This document shows positions 59,129 through 64,000 of a DNA stretch of 64,000 nt, one piece after another. The stretch is from contig OX597830.1 in NCBI GenBank assembly GCA_951406725.2, positions 19,654,001 to 19,718,000 of the forward strand, read 5' to 3'. Each line of letters opens with the position of its first letter. The first letter of the stretch is position 1. This DNA is from Octopus vulgaris (lineage: Eukaryota). The notes below the pieces were generated by a model, which was not told the DNA's origin, did not search any database, and was given only the letters and a program-made list of their open reading frames with translations. Made by a program: the position numbers and the translations under genes.

Positions 59129-59790
59129 GTATAAATAGTTACAGAGATGTACTTGCATAGCAAGTGACTTGATCTGAGATCGTGTGCTGGAACGAAAACA
59201 GTTGCAGCGTTGAAGGTGTTTATAAGCCATTTAAGAAACACACAAAAACCGTTAGATTCACTTCAACATTTAAATTTAATTTGTCAAAATAGTTTCGTCG
59301 CTTTGAGACCGCGACCTGTTAGCACGATATTTTTGTCAGTGAACAGGTCGCGGTCTCAAAGCGACGAAAATATTTTGGCAAATGAAATTTAAATGTTGAA
59401 GTGAATGTAACGGTTTTTGTGTGTTTCTTAAATGGCTTACAAACACCTTCCACGCTGCAATATATATATACACACATATATATATATGTATGTATGCATG
59501 TATGTGTGTGTGTGTGCGTGTCTGTGCTTGTGATTGTCCTCCACCACTGCTTGACAACGAATGTTGGTTTGTTTACATCCCTGTCACCTAGTGGAAACAG
59601 ATAGAATAAGTACAATGCTTACAAAAATAAAACTGGAGTTGATTCATTAAACTACAATTCTTCAAGGCATTGCCCCAGCATGGCCACAGACCAATGGCTG
59701 GAAAAAGCAGAAGAATAAAAGAATACATTCTCTGCTTTGGTCTTATGTTCAAGGCATAAGAAAGCTTGAGTTTACATGAGAAGGCCTAAC

Positions 59791-60883
59791 AGACCTGGTA
59801 GAAACAGCAGCCAAATCTCCCTCAAATCACACCTTACTGTTTTATGTATGTATATATATATGAGCCAATGAGGGGCACCTCTACATGGTAGCTAGACCTG
59901 GTAGAAATAGCAGCCAAATTTCCCCCAAATCACACCTTACTGTCTTATCTATGTATATATGTATGTATGAGCCTATGAGGGAGACCCCTACATGGCAGCT
60001 AGACCTGGTAGAAATAGCAGCCAAATTTCCCCCAAATCACACCTTACTGTCTTATCTATGTATATATGTATGTATGAGCCTATGAGGGAGACCCCTACAT
60101 GGCAGCTAGACCTACACAGCTGGTAGAAATAGCAGCCAAATTTCCCCCAAATCACACCTTACTGTCTTATCTATGTATATATGTATGTATGAGCCTATGA
60201 GGGAGACCCCTACATGGCAGCTAGACCTGGTAGAAATACCAGCCATATGTATATATATATGAGCCAATGAGGGGCACCTCTACATGGTAGCTAGACCTGG
60301 TAGAAATAGCAGCCAAATTTCCCCCAAATCACACCTTACTGTCTTATCTATGTATATATGTATGTATGAGCCTATGAGGGAGACCCCTACATGGCAGCTA
60401 GACCTGGTAGAAATAGCAGCCAAATTTCCCCCAAATCACACCTTACTGTCTTATCTATGTATATATGTATGTATGAGCCTATGAGGGAGACCCCTACATG
60501 GCAGCTAGACCTGGTAGAAATAGCAGCCAAATTTCCCCCAAATCACACCTTACTGTCTTATCTATGTATATATGTATGTATGAGCCTATGAGGGAGACCC
60601 CTACATGGCAGCTAGACCTGGTAGAAATAGCAGCCAAATTTCCCCCAAATCACACCTTACTGTCTTATCTATGTATATATGTATGTATGAGCCTATGAGG
60701 GAGACCCCTACATGGCAGCTAGACCTGGTAGAAATAGCAGCCAAATTTCCCCCAAATCACACCTTACTGTCTTATCTATGTATATATGTATGTATGAGCC
60801 TATGAGGGAGACCCCTACATGGCAGCTAGACATGGTAGAAATAGCAGCCAAATCTCCCTCAAATCACACCTTACTGTCTTATC
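59791..60883. repeat. 107-bp tandem satellite, ~10 units
   Basis: Unit agacctggtagaaatagcagccaaatttcccccaaatcacaccttactgtcttatctatg...cctacatggcagct; identical ORFs recur every 107 bp (60391, 60498, 60605). Confidence 0.97.
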
Positions 60884-60973
60884 TTTCTGCTACTTATATT
60901 CGTCGTAAAAAACTTTCCTGTCACACACTCACGCCCACGCACACACACACACACACACACGCGCGCACCCTCA

Positions 60974-61010
<37 letters not shown>

Positions 61011-61400
61011 TCACACACACGCACGTTAGCTTACAATTTTATTTATATATTTGCGTGTCTGTGTTGAAAGAGGAAGTGGGAGGCAGAGTGAAAGAATCAC
61101 TCACTACAGTAAGTAAATTACTTTCATTTTATTCGCTGCCCACTGTGTGTGTGCGTTTGCGTGTGGTGTAAACCAGACTAAGAAAAGCATTTGACACACA
61201 CACCAGAATGTGAGTTTTCTGTAAATTTTGCTTAATTGGAGTTTAAATTTTAAAAACTGGACCTGGCATGACGCGATGCATTGTACTCTTAAAATTGCTA
61301 GGTAAATTGTAATTGAAGAAATCCTATATTGTAGATTTGTATAACTCCCAAAGGGAGGCAGATAAAATCTGCCTTTTATAATAATAAGATATAATAAGAG

Positions 61401-61444
<44 letters not shown>

Positions 61445-61446
61445 AA

Positions 61447-61484
<38 letters not shown>

Positions 61485-61556
61485 CAAACAGACATGTTAA
61501 CAGAAATAATAGGACTTTCTATTTCTGTTAACGTATCTGAGTTTGTTATGTATATC

Positions 61557-61641
61557 CTTCCTGATGAGATTGATGCACTACTTACCATAATTTCTCCTGT
61601 CGGACATTTTTGGAGTGCATCCATTGAAACATATGTAGAAG
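61557..61641 (+). ncRNA. Type I hammerhead ribozyme motif (Penelope-like/retrozyme-associated), core intact
   Basis: Stem I cttc/gaag; CTGATGA 61561-61567; stem II gattgatgcact/agtgcatccatt; GAAA 61626-61629; palindromic stem III acatatgt; GTA cleavage triplet ending at 61637. Confidence 0.75.
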
Positions 61642-61701
61642 ACTTCTAGATATAAATGGTTTAACAACATCCCGAACGTTCGTCTCCTTATTCAATTTTC
61701 C

Positions 61702-61734
<33 letters not shown>

Positions 61735-62065
61735 TAGTCCCCCGGCAACATCGCTTGACAACCGATGCTGGTGTGTTTACGTCCCCGTAACTTAGTGGTT
61801 CGGCAAAAGAGATCGATAGAATAAGTACTAGGGTAACAAAGAATAAGTCCTGGGCTCGATTTGCTCGACTAAAGGCGGTGCTCCGGCATGGCCACAGTCA
61901 CATGACTGAAACAAGTAAAAGAGTAAAAGAGTGTATATATGTATATGTGTGTGTGTGTGTGTATGTACACACACACACACACACACACACACACTCAATA
62001 ATCTGCTGCAGCGTAAGAAAGCATTCGAATTCCTAAAAATGTTTTTTTAAAGATTTATAGACATA

Positions 62066-62230
62066 GGCGCAGGAGTGGCTGTGTGGTAAGTAGCTTGCTT
62101 ACCAACCACATGGTTCCAGGTTCAGTCCCACTGCGTGGCATCTTGGGCAAGTGTCTTCTACTGTAGCCCCGGGCCGACCAATGCCTTGTGAGTGGATTTG
62201 GTAGACGGAAACTGAAAGAAGCCTGTCGTA

Positions 62231-62316
<86 letters not shown>

Positions 62317-62524
62317 TGTGTCTGTGTTTGTCCCCCTAGCATTGCTTGACAACCGATGCTGGTGTGTCTACGTCCCCGTCACTTAGCAGTTCGGCAAAAG
62401 AGACCGATAGAATAAGTACTGGGCTTACAGAGAATAAGTCCCGGGGTCGATTTGCTCGACTAAAGGCGGTGCTCCAGCATGGCCGCAGTCAAGCTGACTG
62501 AAACAAGTAAAAGAGTAAAGAGTA
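62066..62524 (+). mobile_element. SINE family A, full length (3'-half copy also at ~61730-61932)
   Basis: Matches the family A consensus. Confidence 0.9.
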
Positions 62525-62659
62525 TAGGCCACCGTCGGTTATTTTATTGTATTTTCTTTGCTTCTACAAACATAGTAAACCCAGACAATAATTTACTGCA
62601 GCAAAAAATAGACCAAACCATTCCAGGACCAGCAGCAGCAGCAGAACCATCACGGAAAA

Positions 62660-63745
62660 CCCCCCGCCGCCACCACCACTACCATCACCGTCGCAGCCAC
62701 CGCCGCCACCGACAACCACGACACTACTACAACAATACTAACGCGAAAGTCTCACCATCAGACACTGCTCCATACCACCATCACCGTTTCTGCCAGCATC
62801 AATACGAAGAACAACGACAACAATAACAGCAGCAATATCAACGCAACAACTTCACAATCAGACACCATTCAACACGACCACCACGACCACCACGACCACC
62901 ACCATTATCACCATTATCACCACCACCACCACCATCATCACCAATACCGTCACCACCACCACTACCACAATCACCACCATCACTATCACCAATACCGTCA
63001 CCACCACTAACCACCAGCGCCACCACCGCTACAACCATCACCACCGCCATCATTATCACCATAATCACCACCACTACTACCATCACAACCACCACCACTC
63101 CTACAATCACCACCACTACCACAATCACCACTACCGTTACCACCACTAACCATCACCGCCACCATCACAGTCACCACTACGATCACCATCACTACCACAA
63201 TCACCACCATCACTATCACTAATACCACCACCATCATCACCACTACTACTACTACTACTACCATGATTACCACCACCACAACCATCACCACCACCATCAT
63301 CACCACCACCACCACCACCACCACCATCACCACCATCACCATTACCACCACCACCACCACCACAATCACCACCACCACCACCACCACCACAATCACCACC
63401 ACCACCACCACCCACCATCACCACCACCACCACCACCACAATCACCACCACCACCACCACCACAATCACCACCACCACCACCACCACCACAATCACCACC
63501 ACCACCATCACCACCACAATCACCACCACCACCACCACCACCACAATCACCACCACCACAATCACCACCACCACCACCACCACCACCACAATCACCACCA
63601 CCACCATTACCACTACCATCAACAGCATCACCGCCACCACTACCACCATCACTATCACCTCCACCAACACCACCACCAGTACTACCACCGCCGCAACAAC
63701 AACAATACCAACAACAACAACAACAGCAATACCAACGCCACAACC
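62660..63745. repeat. (ACC/ATC/AAC)n low-complexity tract
   Basis: Directly visible. Confidence 0.92.
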
Positions 63746-64000
63746 ATTCACTTATCACACATCATCCCCCCCCCACACACACACCGCCGCGCACCTTAGC
63801 AATATACAACAGGCGTCAAGTCTAACAACACGTTTTTTTTAAACCATCAGACACAGCATCTCTTCATCAACACCACCGAACGACCCGTCTTCATCATTTC
63901 CCACGCCGCCGTAGCATCATCATCAACAACAACAACAAAAACAACAAGTTCAAAACAACATCTTCGTCATCAGACATTACGTCTCTTACACATCACTCCG

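Noticed and set aside
59791-60883. CRISPR-like array or repeated 66-aa peptide genes
   Set aside because: Units are identical end to end with no unique spacers, there are no cas genes, and the context is eukaryotic.

Overview
Eukaryotic, AT-rich, very repeat-dense animal genomic DNA. The SINE families and microsatellite load suggest a coleoid cephalopod (Octopus-like); this is an inference. Two host genes are supported. (1) The last coding exon of a cytosolic glycerol-3-phosphate dehydrogenase (GPD1/GPD1L type) lies on + at 1086-1182. (2) A convergent PLP-dependent class I/II aminotransferase lies on - at 47015->13867; I assembled 12 coding exons by hand (1299 nt, 432 aa), all introns GT-AG and phase-consistent. 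It has motifs of the bacterial-like subgroup Ib aspartate aminotransferases rather than GOT1/GOT2. The rest is mobile DNA and simple repeats: at least four SINE families, a decayed hAT transposase, hAT MITEs, non-autonomous Helitrons, R4/Dong, Tx1/L1 and RTE LINE relics, Penelope-like repeats, a 107-bp satellite and long (TA)n/(AAT)n/(ACC)n tracts. Nearly all ORFs in the supplied track are microsatellite or SINE artefacts. The most notable features not explained by the gene models are several type I hammerhead ribozyme motifs from different repeat families (one with an intact core at 61557-61641), SINE multimers joined at one fixed junction, and dsRNA-forming structures in the aminotransferase introns. 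Repeat boundaries are approximate unless a TSD or TIR is given.
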